NCBI RefSeq assembly: GCF_001194135.2
Contig: NC_068982.1
Location: 105,251,342 to 105,315,341, forward strand
Reading direction: 5' to 3'
Source of the DNA: Octopus bimaculoides
Lineage: Eukaryota
Length of the DNA stretch: 64,000 nucleotides
A program made the translations under genes and the position numbers. Positions 13,121 to 25,769 of the stretch are shown in pieces. The notes below the pieces were generated by a model. It saw only the letters and a list, made by a program, of their open reading frames with translations, did not search any database and was not told the origin of the DNA. The number at the start of each line of letters is the position of its first letter. Within the stretch, counting starts at the first letter, position 1.

Positions 13121-13902
13121 CAAACCCCATGAGATATTGCAGAATCTTCAAGTAACGAAGTAGGCAGATGTAAATGGCCAAACGATTTGAACACTCATTG
13201 TTAAGGATAAATCAAATTACAAAGTCAGATTAAATCAAATCCTACTAAAATGTGATAATATTAGTTATTTTAATTACATAAAATTTTATCAGTATATAAT
13301 AAGGGCAGATGTCTGTGGAAGAATTACTCTGTGTAACAGAAAATTCTTACAGAAATACATTCCCATGGTTCTTGGGCTGTTGCTGGTGCTAGTGCCACAT
13401 AAAAGTGCTCATACTGGTGCCATGTAAAAGTACTTGTGCCAGTGCTGTGTAAAAGCACCCAGTAATACTCTGTAAATAAATTTTATTCAAATAATTTTTC
13501 TGTTATTTCAGGAATAGGACTGCGATACTATAAATTGTTGCCAAACCTCCTTGTAATCATGCTCTCCTATCTTAAAGAACAACATGAAAATGCACTGCAA
13601 AAACACAGACATGAATAACATCACTAAAAAATAATTCTTAATTGCACCAGATATATCTCCAATTGCAAACAAAATGACTGCAATACAACAGTAAAATTAA
13701 AATCCTTTCATAGCTGTCAAATATACTGACACAAATGACAGTTTGATTAAATTAAATACAAAGATCTTCCATATGTACATATTATGACCAGTCTGAAATA
13801 CCACCAACTGAAATTAAAAATGCAATCAAGTTCAAACAAAACTTGACTTTAAGATTTAGAAATATTTTCTAATTGTCACTATTCAAAAATTTCAGTATTT
13901 AA

Positions 13903-14102
13903 CCTTTTAGTACTGGCCCCAGTAATCTGGTTTATGCTAAAACTGACCAGATCCAACCTCTCACACTTACCCTATAATGTCATTCTAAGAATGAACAATC
14001 ACATCATTGAAATCTTGAAGCTACAAGACAATGCAGAATTAATTACAAACAATGTGAATAAATAAGCATTATATTTCACTAAGAAACCTAAATGCTAAAG
14101 TG
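13903..14102. mobile_element. piggyBac-type MITE
   Basis: TTAA on both sides (13899-13902, 14103-14106). Ends CCTTTTAG / revcomp CACTTTAG, consensus CCCTTTAG. Confidence 0.65.
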
Positions 14103-14174
14103 TTAAAGGTTTATAATGGAATGGAAGGTTTATGATGCTTGTGGAGTATCTCCTTCTCCAATTATAATTATTTT

Positions 14175-14604
14175 TGTAGTTTCAAGGAACTGGAGCACAA
14201 AGAAGAAGTTCACAAGCAGAGTACAATTCAATAGCCGTTTATTTACAGAGTTTTCGTTCATGTGGTTCGCTCTCAGTCACTATCTTTATAGCAGTGAGTG
14301 GTTTGTCTTAACTCCGTACACTTGAGGTTCATTACCTCTGGAGATAAGCATGTGGAGTCAGAGTAGGATAAGAGTCCGCTGTGAGCTTCTGGCTGCGCAG
14401 TGTTTCTTGGCATAAGCGTGAGAAGAAAATGAGAGAGTGAATGTCGTTGTTTCTTGCTTAAATACTGGTTGCTGGCGAGAATCTCATTGTTGTCTTGTGC
14501 ATGGCAAATGGTTGCAAGCAAGATCTCGTTCTTGTCTCGAGCATGGCAATGGCTATTGGTGAGATCTCGTTCAAAATGGCGCTGGCTTCTTGTCCTTCGC
14601 TACA
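14175..14604 (-). mobile_element. Solo LTR
   Basis: TGTAG...CTACA inverted termini. On the minus strand there is a tandemly duplicated ~45-bp U3 block, TATTTAA and then AATAAA near the 3' end. No clean TSD. Confidence 0.75.
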
Positions 14605-15494
14605 GATTCATAATATTTACTACTAATTTTTCAAAATAAATGTTCCTAATTTTTGAAATTAGCAAGTAAAACTATGTTTGTATTGAAATTTTCAGTAAAA
14701 TAAGAAGACATGAATCAAACTGAAAAGATCAAGAAAAATTGTGTTGGATTTTAAATAATGAAAAATCCATGATTCAAATACTTCAGAGAATCTCAGCATG
14801 AATAATTCAGTTTGTAATGGACAATGTCAATTTCAGCAAACCCCTGATGTCCACCAACAACTAGAGCATGCTGTTCAACAGGAGTTACCCCATACCAAAT
14901 GTTCCCCTGAAAATAAGCAAGCAGAAATAATGTCAGAAAGAACTATTTGTTGTTCTAATGAATTAGACAGAAAAAAAGGCTACTTGGTAGAAACTTTTGT
15001 CTTATGACTTATAATTTCTTCTTTGACACTAAGGACTTCAGCAGTCATTGCCCTTGTATTAGCTTTCATAATTATTGAAAATATGTTTAATTCTACATTG
15101 TGTTCTACTTCCATATTTATACTGTAATATTGTTGCATCTCTTTCTCGTCATATTTTTTAACATTCTACCATTTGTGGTATTAGCCTCAATACAGAGTTC
15201 ACATTTAAAGAGAACATAATTCCATCAGGCTTATAATGTGATATGCAGTGTTTATGTAAAAGTTGAAATCAGATATCTCTCTCTCAGACAAATAAAGTCT
15301 CTCTATATATATACCCTCACACACACACACATGCACACACGTGCACGCACACACACACACTCACACACACACTCACACACACACACACTCACACACATGC
15401 ACACGCGCACACACACACACACATGTGCGCGCGCTTCATTTTTGTAATTGGTTTGCAAGGTTCTTGATGTGAATTCAAGCGTTGAAACAAATTT

Positions 15495-15975
15495 TGTTAT
15501 GTCCTTGGAAGAGTCATTACACCAATAATAACATACAGAGAGGTTCAATTACAATTTTTCGTTATTAGTTAATTGCTTAAATATCCAACCAACCAAGTCA
15601 ATGATCGTTCATATAATGTGCTGGTTAAACAATCAATCGGTTATTTCTAAGTTAAAATTCTTTTGGCACTCTTCACGACCTTTTCAGTGATTTAGTGACT
15701 TCCCCTCTTTCTGCAAGGTTTGCACTGAGAGGCTTAGAGCAGGCCCAGCAGACTTTGCAGAAAGAGGGGAAGTCACTAAATCACTGAAAAGGTTGTGAAT
15801 GGTGGCAAAAGAATTTTAACTTACAAATAACCGATTGATTGTTTAACCAGCACATTAAACAAATGATTGTTAAGTTAGTTGGTTAGATAGTTAAGCAATT
15901 GACTAACAAAGAATTGGAATTGAACCTGTCTGTGTGTTATTTTCATTGTTGTAATGACTCTCCTAAGACACAACA
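15495..15975. mobile_element. Foldback/MITE-like element with ~228-bp inverted arms
   Basis: 15495-15723 is the reverse complement of ~15748-15975 (e.g. CTTTTCAGTGATTTAGTGACTTCCCCTCTTTCTGCAA / TTGCAGAAAGAGGGGAAGTCACTAAATCACTGAAAAG). The spacer is ~24 bp and the ends are TG...CA. Confidence 0.8.
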
Positions 15976-16097
15976 GTATATAACAGTGACCGAGACCTTT
16001 GGTGATGTGCTGTGCATGAGATGACCTGTGAAGCCAAGTGCACCCATGCTGGTGGCATGGAAAGAACACCTTTTGAGCATTGGGCTTCACGGTAACA

Positions 16098-16620
16098 AAG
16101 TGGCTGAGTTTCTTTCAAGCGTTGGGCAACGAATTCTTGTGAACAAACTCAAGCATCCCCTCCAACTGAACATACTTTGGTTTTTCTCAGATGAGAAAAA
16201 TTTCTGCCAGGATCAGATGGTGAACATACAGAACAACTGTTGGCTTGCTGTGTCCCCAAAACATGTAGCAAGAGTGATAAAAAATCAAACATCCAGTCAA
16301 CGCCATGGTGTTTGAAGTGATCACTAGTGATGGCGACGTTGTGCCTCCATTCGTCTTTGCACATGACCTCAGGCTCAACACGGAGGCATACTTCAAGTGC
16401 CTGGAGAAGGTAGTGCTGCTCTGAGTCAAGAGGGTGGATGCTGAAAGACCCTATGTCTGACTACAGGACTCTGCACCATGCCACACAAGCAGGAGAACCC
16501 AGTCATGGTTGTCAGACAATTTCTGAAACTACATCACCCATAACATCTGGCCACCTAACTCTCCAGACTGCAAACCCCTTGATTATTATGTGTGAGGTGC
16601 AGTTGAGTGAGAGACCAACT
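16098..16620 (+). mobile_element. maT (DD37D) Tc1/mariner-superfamily transposase fragment
   Basis: WFFSDEKNFCQDQ ... QDSAPCHTSRRTQSWLSDNF*NYITHNIWPPNSPDCKPLDYY, with exactly 37 residues between the second and third Asp. Contains stops. Confidence 0.85.
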
Positions 16621-17391
16621 CATGCATTATCTTGTAGTTATGAGATTTTGGTGACATGACTTTATGTTTAGAATGACAAATGTTGGATAGGTGTAAGTGG
16701 ATAGATGAGGCTAGTTTGAATATAAAACAGGGAGAATATTTAGGTCAGATATGGCCAGTTTAAATACTAAACGGTTGATATTGTTTCATAGGCAACCTAC
16801 TACCAATCACCTCATGTTAGACCAAAACAATCCCGACAAAAACCTGGGTCTAACTAATCCAGAGGTAAAGCTCTGCCTTTTCCATCATGGGAAGATTATT
16901 GTGTTCACCATTACATCTATAACAACACACAGCTCCAACAATAAGCTTACAAAAGTACTACAGTGATGATTTCTGCTAAACTGTCCAGCCAACCTTTTCA
17001 TCATTCACACACACATGCGCACACGCACGCGAGCACACACACACACACACACACGCACACATACACGTATGCACACACACACACACACACACACACATAC
17101 ATCCATGCATTCTCATGCATATTGTTAAACATATCAGAATTGCTTGGATGGGCAATGATTCAACATGTAATTTATGATTCAACATATAATTATCAATTCA
17201 GCAATAACTATTTACACTTTGTAGGTATTCCTATAAAAAGCATTTTAATATATGACAACAAATCAACAAACACCTTGTTTTCAATTGGTGACTACTGCAT
17301 TCACATATGAATTTTACATTAGGTAACACTAGTGGCATCAGTCCACACACAACACATTTTCATTACATTTCCCTATGTTAACATTCATATA

Positions 17392-17760
17392 TATCATCAT
17401 CATCATCATCATTATTGTATGCCTACTTTCTCTGCTAGCATAGGTTGAACAGTTTGACTGAGGACTGGCAAGCCAGTAGGCTTCGCCAGGCTCCAATCTA
17501 ATATGGCTTGGTTTCTATAGCTGGACGCCCTTCCTATTGCCAATCACTCTGAGAGCGGAGTGGGTGCTTTTTACTTGCCACCAGCATGGGAGCCAGTCAG
17601 AAGGTATCGGTATCGACCATGTCGGGATTGAACATGGTCAATGCCAGTGCTTTTTACATGCCGCCGGCACGGGATCCAGTCAGGGGGCGCTGACATCAAC
17701 CATGTTCAGATTGTGCTTTTTAATGCCACTGGCACGGGAGCCAGTCAGGGGGCACTGGCA
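17392..17760 (-). mobile_element. Family C retroposon
   Basis: (CAT)n...TTTGACTGAGGACTGGC...GGCTCCAATCT...CTGGACGCCCTTCCTATTGCCAA, with internal subrepeats. Confidence 0.75.
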
Positions 17761-17813
<53 letters not shown>

Positions 17814-18168
17814 ACACACACACATACATACATACACATACACATATATTATGATATATGTAGTATATTTTTAATATATTAATATGTTATAATATCGTAT
17901 TGTATTTGTATATATATATACGAACATATTTATTGTTATAGGTATAAATATACCATAAGCAATTATAGAAAAATGGAGGAGAAAAAGATGTTGAATCAAA
18001 ATTAGATTTAATACAAAATAGGATTCAATACATACACATGTTTCAAAGGACAATACAAATATGAAAGAAAAAATTATAACCATAGTAATTATTAAATTTA
18101 TGCATTGTCATTTTCATCAATGTGAGGAATTTTTGTAAGGGCAGCAAAAAAGGTTTAATAAAATAAAG

Positions 18169-18740
18169 TAAGTTGATATTAATCTAATTAATATCAATTT
18201 TTACCCTTATTATTTAAATTTAAATAACCATATTCTCTAACCGGCAGGCTTCAATGCAGAAAGTTATTTTCTGTAGAGTCATTTCTGGCTTCAGCATGCA
18301 AAAACGAAGACATTTGAAATATACTCCCAAATATAATTGATAGAACTGTATGCATGTTATCTCTCGGGAGGACGTCTTGTATATAGTTCTATAAATTATA
18401 TTTTCTATGACAGTCACACTGAGGATTTGCAGACATTTACGTAATATAAATGGTAACAATGAAACCATGGTATGTGACTAATCACTTCATTTTGCATCTT
18501 TTCATTTGCCTTGCTCACTTTACGTTCTGGCGTTTTGCCGAATTTTCTCGAGAACAATTTTTCTTAGTGGTCAGACCATATGGGATCTACATTTAGCATA
18601 TACGAATCCACCTAGTGGTCATTCCTCTTATAATGTAATATAATTTTCTGAATCTTTGGGTTTTTTCAATATGCTAAGCCACTGGTTTAAGTTGATATTA
18701 ATCTAATTAATATCAATTTTTACCCTTATTATTTAAATTT
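18169..18740. repeat. 53-bp perfect direct repeat (18169-18221, 18688-18740) flanking a 466-bp unassigned segment
   Basis: TAAGTTGATATTAATCTAATTAATATCAATTTTTACCCTTATTATTTAAATTT occurs twice, identical. Confidence 0.9.
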
Positions 18741-18744
18741 TTAT

Positions 18745-19365
18745 ATCATCATCATCATCATCATTTAACGTCCGCTTTCCATGCTGGCATGGGTTGGACG
18801 ATTTGACTGAGGACTGGCAAACCAGATGTCTGCACCAGGCTCCAATCTGATCAGGCAGAGTTTCTACAGCTGGATGTTTTTCCTAATGCCAACCACTCCG
18901 AGAGTGTAGTGGGTGCTTTTACGTGCCACTGGCACAAGGGCCAGTCAGACAGTCTTGGCAACGGCCACACTCCAAATGGTGTTTTTTACGTGCCACCTGC
19001 ACAGGAGCCAGTCCAGTGGCACTGGCAACAACCTCGCTTGAATGTTTTTTCATGTGCCAGTTAGGCGACGGTGGTAACAATCACGCTCAAATGGTGCTAT
19101 TTACATGCCGGTGGCACATAAGCCAGACAGCTCCTTTGGCAATGATCATGCTTGGATGGTGCTGTTAGCGCTCCACTGGCACAGGTGCCAGTCATCGAAT
19201 TTGGTTTAATTACGATTTCAATTTCACTTGCCCCAACAGATCTTCACAAGCAGAGTTTAGTGTTCAATGAAGGAAAGGTTGGTACGGGTGCCAGTCGTCG
19301 AATTTGGTTTGATTTCGATTTCACTTGTCTCAACAGGTCTTCGCAAGCAGAGTTTAGTGTCCATA
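18745..19365 (-). mobile_element. Family C retroposon, long copy
   Basis: (CAT)nTTAACGTCCGCTTTCCATGCTGGCATGGGTTGGACG... It is the reverse-orientation homolog of 11905-12392 and runs to the microsatellite and gap. Confidence 0.8.
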
Positions 19366-20735
19366 CACACACACATACATATATATATATATATNNNNNN
19401 NNNNNNNNNNNNNNNNNNNNNNNNNNNNNNNNNNNNNNNNNNNNNNNNNNNNNNNNNNNNNNNNNNNNNNNNNNNNNNNNNNNNNNNNNNNNNNNNNNNN
19501 NNNNNNNNNNNNNNNNNNNNNNNNNNNNNNNNNNNNNNNNNNNNNNNNNNNNNNNNNNNNNNNNNNNNNNNNNNNNNNNNNNNNNNNNNNNNNNNNNNNN
19601 NNNNNNNNNNNNNNNNNNNNNNNNNNNNNNNNNNNNNNNNNNNNNNNNNNNNNNNNNNNNNNNNNNNNNNNNNNNNNNNNNNNNNNNNNNNNNNNNNNNN
19701 NNNNNNNNNNNNNNNNNNNNNNNNNNNNNNNNNNNNNNNNNNNNNNNNNNNNNNNNNNNNNNNNNNNNNNNNNNNNNNNNNNNNNNNNNNNNNNNNNNNN
19801 NNNNNNNNNNNNNNNNNNNNNNNNNNNNNNNNNNNNNNNNNNNNNNNNNNNNNNNNNNNNNNNCATTAATATCTGGAATTTTCTTTGAAAGTCAGAATAT
19901 ATTGAGAGAGAGAGAGAGAGAGAGAAGGCGGGAGGGAGGGAGGGAGAGAGAGAGAGACGGAGAGGGATGGAGAGGGAGAGAATATAGGTGTATCAGATAC
20001 CATACAACATAAATTCTTGGTTTATTAACATCATCTCCACCTCTCAAGGATATGCCACAATTACCAAATGGTAATTAAGACCAGCTCCATATGAGAAGGA
20101 TGGTGGGGGGTGGGATAATTTCAAGAATCAAGAACTTTCTGAAGTTGACATGCCATTGAGGGAAAGGACTGGCTTATTATCTGGAGATAAGAGAATAGTG
20201 TTGGTGTATCAGCATGATAATTGTCTAACCTTATCTCCAGTAGCCAAACACACACACATACTCTCTCTCTCTCTCTCTCTCACGCTCTCTCTCTCTCCAA
20301 AACCACAAGTTACTCACACACACACACATTCTCATCTTTATATATATAGATGACAAGGTGTACAACTCAAATACTTGATTTAGTGAAATTCACTCTGCCT
20401 CCAAAGGAGGTAAAACAATTTTCTAGTAGCAAGTGGGACCAACTCCAAATGAACTAGGAGATAATATCAAAACTAAAAAAAAAATTGACTTTCTGTTAAA
20501 AGAAAAGACAGTCTGGTTGTCTGAAGACAACAGCAGAAGGAATGACTGATAAATTGAGGTAGAAATTTATCCTAATCATTGTTTAGATTTTAAATATTTG
20601 CTTAGGGTTTGTATAGGTAAGAAATGGATTACTTGTTCATCTCTCTCTCTCTGATCCTCTTTTCTTATATCCATGTTCACAGGAGAAGGGGAGGGAAAGG
20701 GAGAGAGATAAGCCATATAGTTCAATAACAACATT

Positions 20736-20791
20736 GGTGCAGGCGTGGCTGTGTGGTAAGAAGCTTGGTTCCCAAACACATAGTTCCGGGT
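20736..20791 (+). mobile_element. Family B SINE head, interrupted by a mini-hAT
   Basis: GCAGGCGTGGCTGTGTGGTAAGAAGCTTG.TTCCCAA.CACATAGTTCCGGGT, resuming as TTCCGGGTTCAGT after the insert. Confidence 0.75.
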
Positions 20792-20936
20792 CACTAGCGT
20801 AGCTAGAGAGTAGGCCGCCCTCGGACCCCACAAAAGACACATATTGTCTAAAGCGGACCCAAAAGTACCGCCCCTTTAAAAGTGCTGCCCGGACGCCCCC
20901 CTCCCCCGCCTTCTCGCCCCCACCGCTACACTAGTG
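20792..20936. mobile_element. 145-bp GC-rich non-autonomous hAT (Tip100-like ends)
   Basis: TIR CACTAGCGTAGC / revcomp CACTAGTGTAGC (11/12). Perfect 8-bp TSD TTCCGGGT (20784-20791, 20937-20944). Confidence 0.85.
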
Positions 20937-21956
20937 TTCCGGGTTCAGTAAAAGAAGTATGTTGTTCTGCTTAGAACAACTAGCTAGCCACAGAACGGCA
21001 TCTTAAATGAATAAAACTATTTCGTAGCCGCTAAATAAACTGATACCAGCGAATTTGACAACGTGGAAGTGCTTAACTTATAATAATGAATCGCTAGTCT
21101 TCTGTAATGCTTGTATTGGCAACGTCATCACTATTTTTTTTAAAGTATGTAACGGGTGTGAATGGTGAGATATGGCTGCTATTTCTAGCAGGTCAAGCGA
21201 CTGTATAAGATGTTCCTTTGCAATATAAATATCGTATTGTCAAAATGATTTGAAACACGATTGTCATTGGTTAAAAGGTTTTCTTAATTCTTTAAAGGCG
21301 GATGTATATTAATCTTTTACGTAACTTACTCTCACGTTGTAGGACGCACGTAAACACTTAATTAGTCCCCACTACCACCACACACACACATACACGATTA
21401 GACAGTGAGACGTAGACATGTAGGGACAATACATACGCAGTGAAAATAGCTAGGTTTGCAATAGTACATACGGGTGTGTTTGCAATAGTACATACACCTG
21501 TTTTATAATCTTGAGCTGTAATTTTAGAACTTTTTATTCCTTTATTTATTCTCTTTTTCTTTACATTGATACAAGGTCTCCAAATTAGAGACGAATGAGT
21601 TCTTTTCGTAAGCTCTTAATTTTGAATTCGAACCTGTTATGACACGATATAACATTGGGTTTTTCCAATACGTTGGGAGAGAAATTTGATTGTAGTGTTA
21701 GAAACTAGCTTCTTCTATCAAAGAAGAATTCTAATAAACAGAAGTCACACACGCACGCACGCATGCACGTACACACACATCTAAATAAGAAATAAAGTAT
21801 AAATTTTAATTGATTAAAGTTTTTATAAGTTCTACAAGATTTAATCTGTTGGAAGTGAAATCTTTAATGTATCCACCAAACATCTATGACAAACAATATC
21901 CAGTTGAGACTGTGACAGTAATAAACAATGATGATGATGATACATATACATACATA

Positions 21957-22321
21957 TGTAGTAACGCCGTGCGCATGCGTAGTCTTACGCATGCGTAGAA
22001 TTAAACAACCAAGCGTTTCCCGCTCAATTCATTCTCTTTCTCGCTGGCCAGCGATTGAGCATGGACGTATTTAAGCTGTCTCTCTACATCTTTCGGACTT
22101 AAACTCGACAGCTCGCTCACAACTACAGAACAACGTCCCAACAACTATGCTCATACACACAGAAGCTATAACAACAAGAACTAAAGATGTATATATTTAC
22201 CACCTAAATAAAGTGTTGTTTAAGTTGATAGTCTGGAGTTCAGCGTTCCGTTATATTCCTTTAATTTTATATAGGAAAGTCAGGTATACGTCTAATGATG
22301 TATAACCCACTTTCCTATACA
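21957..22321 (+). mobile_element. Solo LTR, same family as 7-381
   Basis: TGTA...TACA termini and AATAAA near 22207. TACATA flanks both sides, which may be a 6-bp TSD but lies within a TACA microsatellite. Confidence 0.8.
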
Positions 22322-22335
22322 TACATACATATATA

Positions 22336-23145
22336 TTGGGTTGCCCAGAAAGTTCGTACCGATTTTTAAAGGAAAGAAAAAGGTCAATAAATACATGCCA
22401 TTACATTCTTAATCAACCAAATATGAACCATTTTGTTGCACACTGCGTCTCCATCTTTCCTTTAACTTGAAAATACTCTCTTCCCAGAATCGAGGTGGTT
22501 TCATGGCAAAGAATTCATCAAGGTATCTTTTTACATCATCCAAGGAATCAAAATTTTTACCATTAAGACTATTCTGCAGAGACCTGAATAAGTGGAAATC
22601 TGAAGGAGCAATATCTGGTGAATATGGAGGGTGGGGTAACACATCCCAGCCGAGCTGCAGCNNNNNNNNNNNNNNNNNNNNNNNNNNNNNNNNNNNNNNN
22701 NNNNNNNNNNNNNNNNNNNNNNNNNNNNNNNNNNNNNNNNNNNNNNNNNNNNNNNNNNNNNNNNNNNNNNNNNNNNNNNNNNNNNNNNNNNNNNNNNNNN
22801 NNNNNNNNNNNNNNNNNNNNNNNNNNNNNNNNNNNNNNNNNNNNNNNNNNNNNNNNNNNNNNNNNNNNNNNNNNNNNNNNNNNNNNNNNNNNNNNNNNNN
22901 NNNNNNNNNNNACACAAAGCAAGAATTTTTAAGGGTGAAGACTCGCTTTTGTGGTGGCTCATGTCGCTTACTCCAGGATCGCTTTCTCTGAACATTTTGG
23001 TAGATAATCCATTTCTCATCACCTGTCACGATTTGCTTTTAAAAAGGCGCGTTTTCATTCCGTTTATAAAGCGAATCACAGATGGAAATGCTATCCAAAA
23101 GGTTCTTCTCTCTCAACTCATGTGGTACCCAAACATTGTAGAGAT
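22336..23145 (-). mobile_element. Mariner (DD34D-type) transposon, 3' part with one TIR
   Basis: TA followed by TTGGGTTGCCCAGAAAGTTCG TIR. Motifs WVPHEL (~23120), TGDEKW and HPPYSPDIAPSDFHLF. The middle lies in an N gap. Confidence 0.92.
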
Positions 23146-24424
23146 TTGTGTACCGAAGCCGTCACTGATTCAGTTGCAAAGTGTTATTTTGAGTAAAGTT
23201 ATTTGGTTGCAGACCTCCTTTGAGTCTTTTTATTATCACTGGGTCAGAGATAGTCCCCAGATGGTAAACTGAAGAGCCAGTTATGCATCCTAGTTCAAAT
23301 TATTTATGCATCCCAAGCATGGAAGCAATTTGTACTGCCGTTTTCACATGAAAAGTGAATACATACATTATTGATACTATTAAGAGTGTTTTTCGAGAAT
23401 TTACCTGTTTATATACTCCACAGAAAAAACTGATGATATACTACAGTAAAAATTAAAACATCAAGAGATTTAGGAAAATATGAGATGAAGTGGTAAAGTA
23501 GTGACTGATCTCAGGATACTGAGCCTCTCATAACAATGATTGGCAGTATGCAGTGCTGGAAAAAAATTTGCACTTCTCCATGCAAGCATCACATAACTTT
23601 AAAATGATGGCAATGATGGAGGATGAAAGTTAGGACTATTGTCCAATATATCCTTGTTGAGTCAGCATCTGCTCTCCATCACCTTTATTTGAGCCTCTTG
23701 TCCATTATATCCTGTAAGCCACCAGCTACTCTTTGATGTCCACTCATCTGTCTGTCACTAATTTCCTTGTCACTCACCCATTCTCCTATCTACTGTACTA
23801 TCATTTTGTTTCTTCCATCATGTTCTTCGATATTCTCTCATTTCTGTTGCTCACCATCTCATTCTCTCCTCTATCCTCTGGATTGTCACTGTTTCCCCTC
23901 TCATACTCTTGCTCCAGCACTGTATCTCTTCCCTTACACTGTCCTTTGCCACCCTCTCATTCCAATCCCTATTTCCTTCATCACACTTTTGATCTCTGCT
24001 CTCTCTTAGTCATATTGTTTTGAATGAACAGAGATACTTTTTGAAAGTGATTACTCTTTAGTCTCGTCTCACAAAGCAATCACAACAGTGCTGGTATCAT
24101 GAGAGAATATACCCAGTAAATTCTGAAAAGTGCTCACCGAAAGAATGGCAACAATAGACTTCTGAGGACCTTTAGCTTATCTGAAGACATGGGTGCCTCT
24201 CTAGTGCTGGTGTCATGATAAAATACACTCTATATTCCATAAAATGTTTGGTGATAGAAAGGACACCTAGTCATAGAAACCATGCTGAAAATGAAAGGTT
24301 TGAAGTGAGATGTGTCCTTTGACCTGCTTAGGAGGGTAGAAACTTTGAATAAGAACTGACCCAGATCATGATAACCTACCCAATCCATAAGAGCATGGAA
24401 AACAGATGTAAAATGATGATGATA

Positions 24425-24829
24425 AATGCAACTTTATATCATTATCATCGTTTTAACGTCTTTTCCCATATGGCATGGTTTGGACGGTTTGACTGAGGAC
24501 TGGCAAACCAGTAGGCTGCACCGGGCTCCAATCTGATCTGGCAAGGTTTCTACATCTGGATGCCCTTCCTAATGCCATCATGGTGCTGCTTTTCTCACAG
24601 ATGGTGCCTAACTGACCCTACTATACTGTGTAGTTGACAAAATCAAAAACAATGTGCATGCACGAAATTAAAAATATAAAATGACGACAATTTACCCATT
24701 GCACTTTGTACATATGTTCTTTTATTTTTTTTATTTGCTTCACTCATTTGACTGCAGCCATGCTAGAGCACTACCTTTATGTATATATATATATATATAT
24801 ATATACATATATATGTATACATATATATA

Positions 24830-24881
<52 letters not shown>

Positions 24882-25330
24882 TATATATGTATACATATGC
24901 CATGCTTGAGTAGAAGACCCATCAAGCCAAGTGAAGTCATAGTCATAGTAGCTACTGGTGTCACGCAACTGGCACCTGTGCCAGTGGCATGTAAAAACAC
25001 CCGTTACACTCTCAGAGTGGTTGGCATTAGGAAGGGCATCCAGCTATAGAAACCATGCCAGATCAGACTAGAGACTGGTGTGGCCCCTCAGCTTGTCAGC
25101 CCTGGTCAAACCATTCAACCCATGCCAGCATGGACAACAAACATCAAACGATGATAGTGATATGTACATATATACGATGGGCCTCTTTCAGTTTCCAATT
25201 CAATTCACAAGGCTTTGGTTGGCCCAAAACTATAGTTGAAGACACTTGCCCAAGGTGCTATGCAGAGGGACTGAACCTGGAACAATGTAATTGGGAAGCA
25301 AGCTTCTTACCACAGTTACGCTTGTGCCTA
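24425..25330. repeat. Cluster of SINE/retroposon fragments (family C minus, family B tail, family C plus, family B minus) around a (TA/CA)n microsatellite
   Basis: Recognisable family C and family B blocks in both orientations. Confidence 0.7.
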
Positions 25331-25769
25331 TACATAGAATATTATGTACTGTCCTTCTTTATTGGTTCTGAGTTCAACCCACTGTGCAGTTCCTTGAGCA
25401 AGTGTCCTCTACCATATCTTCCAGTTGACCAATATCTTGCAGGTGGAATTTGATAGATGGAAAATGCAGAAGTCTATATTATCATTCTATTACATGAAAG
25501 AAATGCATGTCTGTCACTGCTTCCAGTAGTGCATGTGCAAAAATTGATAAAAAAACATATAGAAGCTAACTCACATAATTTTCTGCCTTTTTCTAGGCTG
25601 AACTTTATTTCACTAAACTGTCAAGTATATTTATGTGTGTGCACTAGTGTTAACAATACAATACAATATAGTACGGTATGGTACAATACATGCATGCATA
25701 CATACATACATAAGAATCCACAATATGGTAGAAGCTGTAGCCACTCATAATAAAAAGGAATACTGATGG

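Noticed and set aside
14798-15007. 69-aa ORF as an exon of a host gene
   Set aside because: No recognisable domain, no convincing splice pair and no partner exons.
20792-20936. CACTA/EnSpm element, because it starts with CACTA
   Set aside because: The TSD is a perfect 8 bp rather than 2-3 bp, and the ends resemble CAGTGGCGTAGC-type hAT termini.
7-22321. The two same-orientation LTR copies as the ends of one 22-kb retrotransposon
   Set aside because: They differ by many substitutions, a ~45-bp indel and their 3' ends. The second has its own candidate TSD, and there is no gag/pol between them.
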